Part shown: piece after piece, positions 37,698-46,957 of the stretch
Numbering within the stretch: position 1 is the first letter of the stretch
How the letters are laid out: each line of letters starts with the position of its first letter
NCBI GenBank assembly: GCA_963977015.1
Contig: CAXBMO010000008.1
Coordinates: 64,001 to 128,000 of the forward strand
Length of the DNA stretch: 64,000 bases
Direction: 5' to 3'
Origin: an uncultured bacterium
GTDB lineage: Bacteria > Verrucomicrobiota > Verrucomicrobiia > Verrucomicrobiales > DEV007
Translations under genes and position numbers: made by a program
Notes under the pieces: model-generated
Told to the model about the DNA's origin: nothing
What the model saw: only the letters and a program-made list of their open reading frames with translations
The model's database searches: none

Positions 37698-38741
37698 ATG
37701 ACGGAACGCTCTCACGATCAGGGTGGAGGGCGGGGGCCGGTTTCGTCCCGCGAATTGGATGAGAGAATCGCGAGCCCAAGTGAGGCGGTCGTTGAGTCGA
37801 TTCGTGATTGCGAGGGTGATTTTGCAGTCCTGGGAGCGAATGGAAAGATGGGTTTTCATCTCTGCCTGATGTTGAAGCAGGCCCTGAAGCGGTTGGGAAG
37901 AACGGATCGGGTGAGAGCGGTTTCGCGGTTTTCAGATGCCGGATCCTGTTCGGAGTTCGAGGCGATCGGTTGCGAGGTTGTGGCTGCGGAGCTGAGCCAT
38001 GCACCTTCTGTCGAGCAGCTTCCCGAGGCTGAAAACGTCTTCCATCTCGCTGGGGTCAAGTTTGGAACCTCCCTCGAACCCATTCTGCTGGAGACGATGA
38101 ATGTGGAGATGCCGAAGCTGGTGGCAGAACGATTTCGGGACTCCTCCATTGTCGCGCTGTCGACCGGTTGCGTGTACTCCTTTGTGGCGCCGGAGACGGG
38201 TGGCTCCAGGGAAGAGGATGAGGTGAATCCGCCAGGCGCGTATGCGCGTTCCTGTCTCGGTCGCGAGCGGGCGTTTTCCGAACCCGGAACGAAGGCGGCG
38301 TTGGTTCGGCTCAACTATTCGACGGATTTGCGCTACGGGGTGTTGGTGGACCTGGCCCTGAAAATTCTGGCCGATGAACCGGTCGATGTGTCGATGGGAT
38401 TCGTGAACGTGATTTGGCAGGGCGATGCGATTCGTCAGATTGTGCAGACGTTGGCTCATGCGTCGAGCCCGCCATTCGTGATCAACGTGGCGGGCGCCGA
38501 GATCTTGCGAGTCCGCGATCTTGCCTTGGGGTTGGGGCGTCGATTGGGCCGCGAGGTCGAGTTGGCCGGAGAGGAGGAGCCAACCGCCTGGCTGAGTGAT
38601 ACGGGCAAAGCTCGAAAGCTGTTTGGCGAGCCCGAGGTGGAAGTCGGGCAGATGATGGATTGGGTTGTGGATTGGATTGGGAGGGGAGGGGAAGTGTTGG
38701 GAAAACCCACTCATTTTCAGGTCCGGGATGGCAAGTTCTGA
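37698..38741 (+). CDS. NAD-dependent epimerase/dehydratase family protein
   Basis: GANGKMG Rossmann motif, AGVKFG, STGCVY, YARSC, RLNY; probable ATG 37698. Confidence 0.85.
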   Translation: MTERSHDQGGGRGPVSSRELDERIASPSEAVVESIRDCEGDFAVLGANGKMGFHLCLMLKQALKRLGRTDRVRAVSRFSDAGSCSEFEAIGCEVVAAELSHAPSVEQLPEAENVFHLAGVKFGTSLEPILLETMNVEMPKLVAERFRDSSIVALSTGCVYSFVAPETGGSREEDEVNPPGAYARSCLGRERAFSEPGTKAALVRLNYSTDLRYGVLVDLALKILADEPVDVSMGFVNVIWQGDAIRQIVQTLAHASSPPFVINVAGAEILRVRDLALGLGRRLGREVELAGEEEPTAWLSDTGKARKLFGEPEVEVGQMMDWVVDWIGRGGEVLGKPTHFQVRDGKF

Positions 38742-39786
38742 GGCATCCATTTCTGAGGCTGCTTGGCGGCGGACGTTGGCCGATGGAGTCGTGATTCCAG
38801 CCCTGCCGTTGGCCTTGGAAGAAAACGGCACGTGGTCGGAGGTCCATCAACGGGCGTTGCTCCGCTATTATCGGGACGCCGGAGCCGGTGGCGTTGCGGT
38901 CGCAGTGCATTCCACGCAATTCGCGATCCGGGATCCCAGGCACGGTCTGTTGGAACCGGTTTTACGGTTGGCCGCTGAGGTGATGGATGCGTTTCAGGAT
39001 CCGGGTTTCGTCAGAATCGCCGGAGTTTGCGGTCCGACCGAACAGGCGCACGCCGAAGCGGAATTGGCGGGAAAGCTGGGATATCACGCGGCCCTGTTGA
39101 GTTTGGCGGCTCTGGGCGATGCTCCGGAACACGAGATGCTGGCTCACGTGCGCGAGGTTTCCAACGTTCTGCCCGTAATCGGCTTTTATCTCCAACCATC
39201 GATTGGAGGGCAGGTGTTGAGTTACGGATTCTGGCGGGAGTTTTGCGAGCTGGAAAACGTGGTCGCGATCAAAGTTGCGCCGTTCAACCGGTATGCGACG
39301 TGGGATGTGGTTCGCGCGGTGATCGACTCCGGTCGTGAGGATCTTGCGCTCTATACCGGCAATGATGATCAGATTATACTGGATCTCTTGACGCCGTTTA
39401 CCTGGCAGGGCAAAACGCGTTCCATGGCCGGAGGTTTGCTGGGGCAGTGGGGACTTGGGACGAAACGGGCAGTGGAGCTGTTGGAGGAAATCAAACGGGC
39501 CAGAACGGAACCGACGATTTCCGCGGAATGGTTGGCCAGAAATGTGGCGCTGACCGATGTGAATGCCGCGGTGTTTGATGTTGCCAACGGGTTCGCGGGT
39601 TGTATTCCGGGCATTTTGGAGGTGTTGCGGAGACAGGGACTGGTGCCGTCAACGCGATGCCTCGATCCCGGCGAACAGCTTTCTCCCGGCCAGGTCGAAG
39701 AACTGGACCGGGTGATCCAGGCGTATCCGGAATGGAGCGATGACGCCTTTGTTCAGGCGAATCTGGAGGGCTGGTTGAGCCGCTAA
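38728..39786 (+). CDS. dihydrodipicolinate synthase/class I aldolase family protein
   Basis: VIPALPLAL, VHSTQF, GFYLQ, AIKVAPF (Schiff-base Lys), YTGNDD; overlaps the epimerase stop. Confidence 0.85.
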   Translation: MASSEASISEAAWRRTLADGVVIPALPLALEENGTWSEVHQRALLRYYRDAGAGGVAVAVHSTQFAIRDPRHGLLEPVLRLAAEVMDAFQDPGFVRIAGVCGPTEQAHAEAELAGKLGYHAALLSLAALGDAPEHEMLAHVREVSNVLPVIGFYLQPSIGGQVLSYGFWREFCELENVVAIKVAPFNRYATWDVVRAVIDSGREDLALYTGNDDQIILDLLTPFTWQGKTRSMAGGLLGQWGLGTKRAVELLEEIKRARTEPTISAEWLARNVALTDVNAAVFDVANGFAGCIPGILEVLRRQGLVPSTRCLDPGEQLSPGQVEELDRVIQAYPEWSDDAFVQANLEGWLSR

Positions 39787-39968
39787 TTCCGACCTTTCCA
39801 CCTGCTTTTGGGGAGTCGGGAACCGAAATTCCGCTCCGGGGAGAATCGGCGGAAACTGTACGGTCTGGGTTGTATTGTCCCGAATTGGAGTCATTGATGC
39901 GGACGACCACGGAAATGACGGCCATCTTTGAGCTTCCAAAGCTTGGATGGCACCTTTGAACGATTGAA

Positions 39969-42680
39969 ATGAGTCAAACCAATCCAACCCAACGTGATCT
40001 GGTCGAGTCCGGTCTGGAATCGCTTGATCTTGAAGTCCGGGAAATCATTGATTGCCTGCGAGAAGTCCTGAGTTCCTCTCTTCAACCGGAGCTGGCGGAT
40101 GCCCTTCCCTGGTCGGACAAAAAGAACAACCAGGCGACCAATCCGAATCCCAGTGATGCGGCACAGGCAGCCTCGATTGCCTTTCAGTTGCTCGACATGG
40201 TCGAGGAGCGTGTGGCTCAGGAAACGCGGCGCAAACGCTCGGACCTGCTCGGACCGGCTGCGGAAAAGGGTTTGTGGGCGCATTGCCTGGAATCCCTGAA
40301 GAGCGAAGGATTTGGCGAAGAGGAAATTGCGTCGGCGATTCAGGCGGTTCGGATCGAGCCGGTTTTTACCGCGCACCCGACGGAGGCGAAACGCCCCAGC
40401 GTTCGGGAACGCCACCGCGACATTTACAACGTGTTGCTCGAACTCCGAAATTCCGCGCTGTCAAAACAGGAGCGCGAGCAGGTCAAAGGAGACTTTCTCG
40501 CCGCTCTCGAGGCGTTGTGGCAGACGGGCGAAATTCACGTCGAGAAACCCACGATTGAGCGCGAACTCCGCAATGCGCTCTATTATTTGCGGGAGGTCTT
40601 TCCCGCGACCATGGAATCCGTCCTGCGGAATCTCGCCTTCGCCTGGAAGGAAGCCGGCTTTGATGCCGCAACCCTGAGTCAAGCTGGCGGAGGTCCGCGC
40701 ATCCGATTCGGGCTCTGGATTGGGGGAGATCGCGACGGTCACCCCTTCGTCACGGCTGATGTGACGCGCCAGACTCTGGTGGCGCTTCGCGAACAAGCCA
40801 TCAAGCTCTATCGCCGCGAGCTGGCGGATGTGGCCGAGCATCTTTCGGTGACACCGATCAACGGCAACGCTCCAACGGCGTTGATCAAGCGGGTCGACGC
40901 CCTGGTCAAGCATCTCGGCGGGACCGGGAGAAAGATCCGCGATCGAAACGTGGGGGAACCCTGGCGGGCGCTGAGTTACCTGCTGCGGGCGCAACTGGCT
41001 TCGCTGGAGTTTGTGAATCTGGACGCCTTTCGGGAGGATGTCGCCTTGTTGGGAACGTGCCTGCGCGAAAACGGGGCGCCGCGTCTCGATGATCGATTTG
41101 TGCAGCCCCTTCTTCACAAACTGGACGCGTTCGGCTTTCAGCTTGCCGACCTGGATGTTCGCCAAAACAGCGCCTTCCACGATAAGGCGGCTGCGCAATT
41201 GCTCGCGGCGGTCGAGATCCCGGATGGCGAAAATTTTGCGGATTGGCCCGAGGAAAAGCGGGTTGAGTTTTTGACGGAGGAATTGAGCACGCCCAGACCA
41301 TTCCTCCACTGGGATCAATCGGCTGGCGAGGAAGCGGATGCGGTGCGGGATTGTTACCGGGTCTTGACGGATCATCGCAAGAAGTTCGGAGCCGGAGTGG
41401 GAGCGCTCATCGTCAGCATGACGCGTCAGCTCAGCGACCTGCTCCTCGTTCATCTGTTTGCGCGGGAAGCCGGATTGGCCGAGGAGCACGACGGAGAGTT
41501 GGTCTGCCCGCTTCAAGTCGTGCCGTTGTTTGAGACGCTCGACGACCTTCATGGCGCTTCCGCGATTGTCGATGCCTACCTGTCCCATCCGGTTACAAAG
41601 CGTAGCATGGCGGTTAGTTCGGCGGGTGGTGCGCGGCCGAGCCAACAGGTGATGCTTGGGTATAGCGACAGCAACAAGGACGGCGGGATTGTGGCGAGTC
41701 AGTGGGCCCTACATTGCGCCCAGACTTCCATCACCGAAGTGGCGCGAAAGCATGAGGTCGACATTCGTTACTTTCACGGACGCGGAGGCACGATCAGCCG
41801 CGGAGCTGGCCCGACCAACTGGTTCATGCGCGCCCTGCCTCACGGCTCGTTGCACGGCGATTACCGGATGACGGAACAGGGTGAGACGATCGCAAGGAAG
41901 TATGCTTATCCTGACAGTGCGACCTATCATCTCGAATCGCTCGCCGCTTGTGTCACCCGGGCAACGGTTCGTCATCGTCGCCCGGAAGCGGCGGAAGATC
42001 CCGGGGTCGATTTGCTGGGAACCCTGGCGGATTGGAGCCGGGAAGCGTATCGAGCGTTGTTGGAGTCGGATGACTTCATTCCGTTCTATCGTCAGGCGAC
42101 GCCGATCGATGCGCTTGAGCAGACCCAACTCGGTTCACGCCCCTCGCGCCGAACCGGAACTGCGAGTCTTGATGATCTTCGCGCGATTCCCTGGGTCTTC
42201 AGTTGGACCCAGTCGCGGTTCTATCTGCCGGGTTGGTTTGGAGTGGGGACCGCCTTGAACCGGCTCGCCCAGGAACGCCCGGAAGACTTCGAGCGTTTGG
42301 CGAACACGATTGGAGACTCGACCCTGCCGCGCTATGTCTTTACCGGCGTGGAAACCAACATCATGAGCGCAAGTCTCGACCTGATGAAGGGCTACGCGTC
42401 GTTGGTCGAGGATGAAGCGATTCGAGTTCGGTTTATGGAACGGTTCGAGGAGGAACTGACCTGGGCGAAGGAGCACCTGCAGCGCCTTTTCCCGGAGCCA
42501 ATCCAGGTTCGTCGCGCTCGTTATGCCACGACGTTGGCGCTTCGCGAAGAACCCTTGAGGGCGCTTCATCTCCAACAGATCGAGCTGCTGCGCAAGTGGC
42601 GCGCCGAGGGCGGTGAGTTGCCGCGTGAACTCGTCTTGTCGATCAGCGCGGTTGCGAGCGGGCTCCGCACCACGGGCTAG
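39969..42680 (+). CDS. ppc: phosphoenolpyruvate carboxylase
   Basis: VFTAHPTE, WIGGDRDG, VPLFET, MLGYSDSNKDGG, FHGRGGTISRG, LRAIPWVFSW, GLRTTG. Confidence 0.97.
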   Translation: MSQTNPTQRDLVESGLESLDLEVREIIDCLREVLSSSLQPELADALPWSDKKNNQATNPNPSDAAQAASIAFQLLDMVEERVAQETRRKRSDLLGPAAEKGLWAHCLESLKSEGFGEEEIASAIQAVRIEPVFTAHPTEAKRPSVRERHRDIYNVLLELRNSALSKQEREQVKGDFLAALEALWQTGEIHVEKPTIERELRNALYYLREVFPATMESVLRNLAFAWKEAGFDAATLSQAGGGPRIRFGLWIGGDRDGHPFVTADVTRQTLVALREQAIKLYRRELADVAEHLSVTPINGNAPTALIKRVDALVKHLGGTGRKIRDRNVGEPWRALSYLLRAQLASLEFVNLDAFREDVALLGTCLRENGAPRLDDRFVQPLLHKLDAFGFQLADLDVRQNSAFHDKAAAQLLAAVEIPDGENFADWPEEKRVEFLTEELSTPRPFLHWDQSAGEEADAVRDCYRVLTDHRKKFGAGVGALIVSMTRQLSDLLLVHLFAREAGLAEEHDGELVCPLQVVPLFETLDDLHGASAIVDAYLSHPVTKRSMAVSSAGGARPSQQVMLGYSDSNKDGGIVASQWALHCAQTSITEVARKHEVDIRYFHGRGGTISRGAGPTNWFMRALPHGSLHGDYRMTEQGETIARKYAYPDSATYHLESLAACVTRATVRHRRPEAAEDPGVDLLGTLADWSREAYRALLESDDFIPFYRQATPIDALEQTQLGSRPSRRTGTASLDDLRAIPWVFSWTQSRFYLPGWFGVGTALNRLAQERPEDFERLANTIGDSTLPRYVFTGVETNIMSASLDLMKGYASLVEDEAIRVRFMERFEEELTWAKEHLQRLFPEPIQVRRARYATTLALREEPLRALHLQQIELLRKWRAEGGELPRELVLSISAVASGLRTTG

Positions 42681-42698
42681 GGCCGAATTTCCAACCCG

Positions 42699-43034
42699 AT
42701 GGTTATGCAACTTGATTTAAAGCAATCATTGATGGATCGCCTGCGTTTGGCGTCACTCGCGGATGGAGTCTCCTATCTCGTGCTGTTGGGAATCGCGATG
42801 CCGCTCAAGTATCTCGCGGACATTCCGATGGCGGTGCGAATTGTGGGTTCGCTCCATGGCTTCCTGTTTCTCGCCCTGTGCTGGTTTCTGTTGCTCGTGT
42901 TGATTCGCAGGCAACTCAGCTTTGGATGGTGCGTGCTGGTGTTCCTGGGGGCTCTGATCCCCTTCGTTCCTTTTTACCTCGAAACGAAGCTCCGGTTGAA
43001 ATCACGACCGGTCCTCCTCGCGGAATCGAACTAA
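42699..43034 (+). CDS. DUF3817 family membrane protein
   Basis: GVSYLVLLGIAMPLKY, GSLHGFLF, ALIPF. Confidence 0.85.
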   Translation: MVMQLDLKQSLMDRLRLASLADGVSYLVLLGIAMPLKYLADIPMAVRIVGSLHGFLFLALCWFLLLVLIRRQLSFGWCVLVFLGALIPFVPFYLETKLRLKSRPVLLAESN

Positions 43035-43549
43035 CCAATTCGGCTGAATCGCGGCTGAGTTGGCGCCTGGCGAATTTCGATCCATTCCCCGGTCGATTGC
43101 AGCTCGATGTTGTGCGCGTAGCTCAATTCCGTGGCTGCGCGTGCGGAGGAAACTTTGCGGCGGCCATTGGCGAAAATCTGATTTCCGGATCGGTTCAACT
43201 CCTTGAGGCAGAGTCCGCGCCGGGTTTGCTCGAACACCATCACGGTTTTGAGTCGCTCGGAACGGCCGGTGACGCAATACACCGTCACCTGTGCGCCCGG
43301 TCGCAGGGTCCGGGCATCAATCCGGTTGTTGTGAAGCAGATGCCGAATGGCATGCATGAAATCTGCTTTCTCGGCTTGGACGGTCATGGTTCCGCCGGCG
43401 TTGAAGAGGTAACCGGCGCTGGTTTTGAGCGCGTTCCCCAACCCGAGGCGCGGACGTTGCGCCGCGGAAACGCCGATGGTTGAGGCAACGAGGAGAGTCG
43501 CAACCATGAAGAGGGCCATGCGAGTAGGAAGGTGAGCCTTTAATTTCAT
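43031..43549 (-). CDS. secreted hypothetical protein
   Basis: Signal peptide (MALFMVATLLVASTIGVSA); AT-rich upstream region. Confidence 0.6.
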   Translation of the reverse strand: MKLKAHLPTRMALFMVATLLVASTIGVSAAQRPRLGLGNALKTSAGYLFNAGGTMTVQAEKADFMHAIRHLLHNNRIDARTLRPGAQVTVYCVTGRSERLKTVMVFEQTRRGLCLKELNRSGNQIFANGRRKVSSARAATELSYAHNIELQSTGEWIEIRQAPTQPRFSRIG

Positions 43550-43568
43550 GATTATAAAATATCATGAA
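43545..43568. promoter_or_regulatory. candidate operator, inverted repeat TTCATGAT-N8-ATCATGAA
   Basis: Perfect 8 bp IR in an AT-rich patch that contains a minus-strand TATAAT. Confidence 0.4.
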
Positions 43569-43639
43569 TATCGTAATAAAAAACCCTGAAATTTATGGGC
43601 AGGAGGAATGAACGGCGATTTCGACCTGAAAAACCAGGA

Positions 43640-44587
43640 TCACGGCAACTCCAAACCGAGCCATTTGGCGCCGAGATGCAGGATGATTGGCATCGATATC
43701 AGGCTTCCGATGGTCGTCGCCAAAACGATCTGAATTGCGGTGGCGGGGTGCCCTCCGTAAATTCGTGCCAGCACGATCGGGAACACGGCTGCCGGCATCG
43801 CCGCCTGCACCAGCATGACCTGCTTCAGTTCTTCGGGAGCGGGAATCGCCTGCGTGATGAGCAGGATCAACGCGGGCAAAATCGCGAGACGCAGGATGCA
43901 GGCACCCAGCACGGTGGGCCAGCGCAGGCTTGATTCGGGAGATTTGGATTGATCGGCAATCGTGATTCCGATGGCGAGCAGGCACATCGGCACCGCGCAG
44001 GTCCCGAGATTCGCCATGAAAGTCCGCAGCGGAATCGGGAGCCAGGCATCCGCGCCCGCGTAGTGAAGCGTGAGGCTGGTGATCACGGCGATAAACGGGC
44101 CGTTGATGATCGACCGCCAATTCGCATTGCCGAAGCCGCAGAGGACCATCACCGCGATGGTCCAGGTGGCCAGTTCAACACCCATTCCGTGAAGGAAGAG
44201 CAGTCCGAGCGGGCCTTCGCCAAAGAGGGTGACGAGGACGGGAATTGAGACAAAACCGTAGTTCTGAATCGCGGTGGCGATGGCGAACGTGCGTTTTCCG
44301 GATCCCTTGCCCAAACCGAGGATGGGAGCGGCAAGGAGACAGATGAAAATCCCCGAGGTGATGATGCCAAACCCCAGGGCGATGGAAATCCCGACCGTCG
44401 GCAGGTGATTCATGATCTCGCTGCCGATGATCTTGTCGAGAATGAGGCACGGCATCAGCAGATTGAGCGACAGCTGCATGATCCCGGAATCGAGCCCATC
44501 CTTGATCCAGCCGTTCCGTCGAAAGACGTAGCCAGCCGTCATGATGAGGAAGACGGGAACGACCGCGTTGAGGAGAGGAACGTTCAT
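43640..44587 (-). CDS. AEC (auxin efflux carrier) family transporter
   Basis: About 10 TM; PCLI, NYGFVSIP, QAAMPAA. Confidence 0.9.
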   Translation of the reverse strand: MNVPLLNAVVPVFLIMTAGYVFRRNGWIKDGLDSGIMQLSLNLLMPCLILDKIIGSEIMNHLPTVGISIALGFGIITSGIFICLLAAPILGLGKGSGKRTFAIATAIQNYGFVSIPVLVTLFGEGPLGLLFLHGMGVELATWTIAVMVLCGFGNANWRSIINGPFIAVITSLTLHYAGADAWLPIPLRTFMANLGTCAVPMCLLAIGITIADQSKSPESSLRWPTVLGACILRLAILPALILLITQAIPAPEELKQVMLVQAAMPAAVFPIVLARIYGGHPATAIQIVLATTIGSLISMPIILHLGAKWLGLELP

Positions 44588-45483
44588 GACGCGGCGGTGG
44601 TCAGCATCTCGACCGTGACCAGGTCCATGCGGCCCTCCGGTGCTTCGATGATCCGGACCTGAGGATTTTGCGGTGCCCAGATTTGGGATCGGGTCGGGCC
44701 AAAGATCAGGGTGACCGGGATGTCGCAGGCGGCGGCGAGATGGGAAATCCCGCTGTCGTGACCCAAAAAGCGGGTGCAGTGGCCAAGCCGGCGGGCCACT
44801 TCTGGCAAAGGCGCATTTTGCAGATGTTCGAACGGCACCCCGGCAGCCGTCATCAACTGGAGGAAATCCGCGATGCTCTCGGATTCCGCTTCACCACTGA
44901 TGACGAGAAAGCGGGAGTCCGGATGCTGTTGATGAAGCGCGGTTGCGACTCGGCACCAGTTCTCGTAACCCCAGTTTTTTCGCGGGCTTCCGCTGCCGGG
45001 ATGGATCGCGATGGTGGAGGTTCCGGCTGATGGTTCGAGCTCGAACGTGACGTAGTTTCGCTCCGGAAAGAGCGCGATTTCTTCCAGCGGCTTGGCCAAT
45101 TGCGCGGCGGCGGGCAAATCCAGGGATTCATCCACGCGGTGGCTGGCCTGAATCACTGATTTCACGCCAGCGCGTTTCAGATTGTCGTGAAAGAAGCCGT
45201 CCGGATCGTAGAGATAGCTCACGATCAGGTCAAAGTCCGAAAAGTAGCATTGCCACTCCCGGTCCAAATCGCCTTCCGGCACGAAAAACCCGGCGACCGG
45301 GCCGCGCTCGATCGAACGTGTGGCGTCCGCAAATCCGAATTCGACGGCCAACGCCGCAATGGCCGGATATCCGAGAATCTCGAGATGGGGATTATCCAGC
45401 TGGGTTCGCAGCAACTCGATGGCGGGAAGGGTGAGGATGAAATCACCCACTGCTCCACCGCGAATGACCAGAATCCGGCCCAT
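44584..45483 (-). CDS. glycosyltransferase family 9 (heptosyltransferase-like)
   Basis: ILVIRGGAVGDFILTLP, IHPGSG..KNW, GHDSGISHLAAA, IFGPT; probable ATG 45483. Confidence 0.9.
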   Translation of the reverse strand: MGRILVIRGGAVGDFILTLPAIELLRTQLDNPHLEILGYPAIAALAVEFGFADATRSIERGPVAGFFVPEGDLDREWQCYFSDFDLIVSYLYDPDGFFHDNLKRAGVKSVIQASHRVDESLDLPAAAQLAKPLEEIALFPERNYVTFELEPSAGTSTIAIHPGSGSPRKNWGYENWCRVATALHQQHPDSRFLVISGEAESESIADFLQLMTAAGVPFEHLQNAPLPEVARRLGHCTRFLGHDSGISHLAAACDIPVTLIFGPTRSQIWAPQNPQVRIIEAPEGRMDLVTVEMLTTAAS

Positions 45484-45490
45484 AAGCTTT

Positions 45491-46075
45491 CTAGTAGCCG
45501 CCCCAGAATGAGATCGCGCAAATGAGGGTAAGCAGCCCGTAAACCGCACCCGAAATGCAGCCGATCCGGTAGCGATTCGTGTCTTTTGCTCCGAGCCACT
45601 TGATCCAGTCCCGCATCAGGAACGGCATCCCGACCCAGAACATTCCCACGATGATCCAGATATAGGCAATGGTGGGAAGGAGGAGGCGCGTCACTGGTGG
45701 TTCGAGAAACGCCGCGTTCAACAACGGCGCGGCGGCCAGCATCATGATGGCGCCGAGCGCGCGAACGGAAAGAAACTCATCGACGTATTGGATGACGAGA
45801 AAACAGCCAATCGGGAGCACGAATTTCACGATATGGCGGATCGTATAGAATTCTCCGAGATCCATTTCACTGATCATCAGGAACGCCCATGCCGTCGCGA
45901 AGATGAGGAGGGTGATTCCTGCCTTGCGATTTCGAGGCAAGTCCACGAGGAACTTCATGACCTGCGGTTTCTGAACGTAGGCGATGGCATGAACCACCAC
46001 CAGGACGATACCCAGAATCACGCCGGCTTGCCGGAGGGTCAGGTCTTCATAAATGGCGTTGTAAAGATCAGTCAT
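45491..46075 (-). CDS. hypothetical membrane protein
   Basis: About 6 TM helices; 7 nt upstream of GT9; start at 46075 or 46099. Confidence 0.75.
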   Translation of the reverse strand: MTDLYNAIYEDLTLRQAGVILGIVLVVVHAIAYVQKPQVMKFLVDLPRNRKAGITLLIFATAWAFLMISEMDLGEFYTIRHIVKFVLPIGCFLVIQYVDEFLSVRALGAIMMLAAAPLLNAAFLEPPVTRLLLPTIAYIWIIVGMFWVGMPFLMRDWIKWLGAKDTNRYRIGCISGAVYGLLTLICAISFWGGY

Positions 46076-46283
46076 AGCGGGCCCGCAAATCCTCAGCATG
46101 AGACGCCAACGGCGGGCACCTCTTCAAACGGAGCCGGAATCTAGCAAGACTTCCCGAAAGGCCAACAGAAGTTTTTGAAGGGATCGCCAATGCTCAGTTG
46201 CTAGGCAAAACGAAGGTGGGGAGTATGACTTTTGATCAAACTTCAGCGTTGTTTGTTGATCGAAGTCGATAGATTTCAAGAAG

Positions 46284-46946
46284 ATGAGCAAGAAACGCGT
46301 TTTTCTGGTCGACGATCATCGGATTACCCGGGAGGGGATGAAATATCTTCTGGAAACCGAGCCGGACGTCGATGTGGTGGGATCCGCGGGCTCGGTTCAG
46401 GAGGCCTTGGAGATGGTTTCCGAGGTTCATCCGGATTTGGTGATCTCGGATTTGTCGATGAAGGGACGCAACGGCCTCGAACTGATCAAGGATCTGAAGT
46501 CGCTTCATCCTGGCGTGAAGGTCATCATCGTCTCGATGCACGATGAGATGTTGTACGGAGAACGGGTTTTGCGCGCAGGAGGGTGGGGCTACATCATGAA
46601 GGAAGATGCGGCGGACCATTTGATCGATGCGATTCGCAAAGTCTCGGAAGGCAAGAATTACCTCAGCGCGGAATTATCGGACCATTTGCTGAGGCGGTTT
46701 GGTGCCGGCTCCGCGGGCGAGAACGGCGAGTCGTCACTGATGAAGCTGACGGATCGGGAGATGGAGGTTTTTGAACTGACGGGCCAAGGCAAAGAAGTTC
46801 CGCAGATTGCCTCCTGGTTGCAAATTGCGGATCGGACGGTGGAAGCCCATCGCACCAATGCCCGCAAAAAGCTGGGCTTGCCGGATGCGAATGCCTTCTT
46901 TCGCTACGCCGTTCGTTGGGTGGAATCCGGGAATCTGGTTCCGTAG
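46284..46946 (+). CDS. NarL/LuxR-family response regulator
   Basis: LVDDH, SDLSM, GYIMK, LTDREMEV..TVEAHRTNARKKLG. Confidence 0.95.
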   Translation: MSKKRVFLVDDHRITREGMKYLLETEPDVDVVGSAGSVQEALEMVSEVHPDLVISDLSMKGRNGLELIKDLKSLHPGVKVIIVSMHDEMLYGERVLRAGGWGYIMKEDAADHLIDAIRKVSEGKNYLSAELSDHLLRRFGAGSAGENGESSLMKLTDREMEVFELTGQGKEVPQIASWLQIADRTVEAHRTNARKKLGLPDANAFFRYAVRWVESGNLVP

Positions 46947-46957
46947 CGCGGCTTCGA

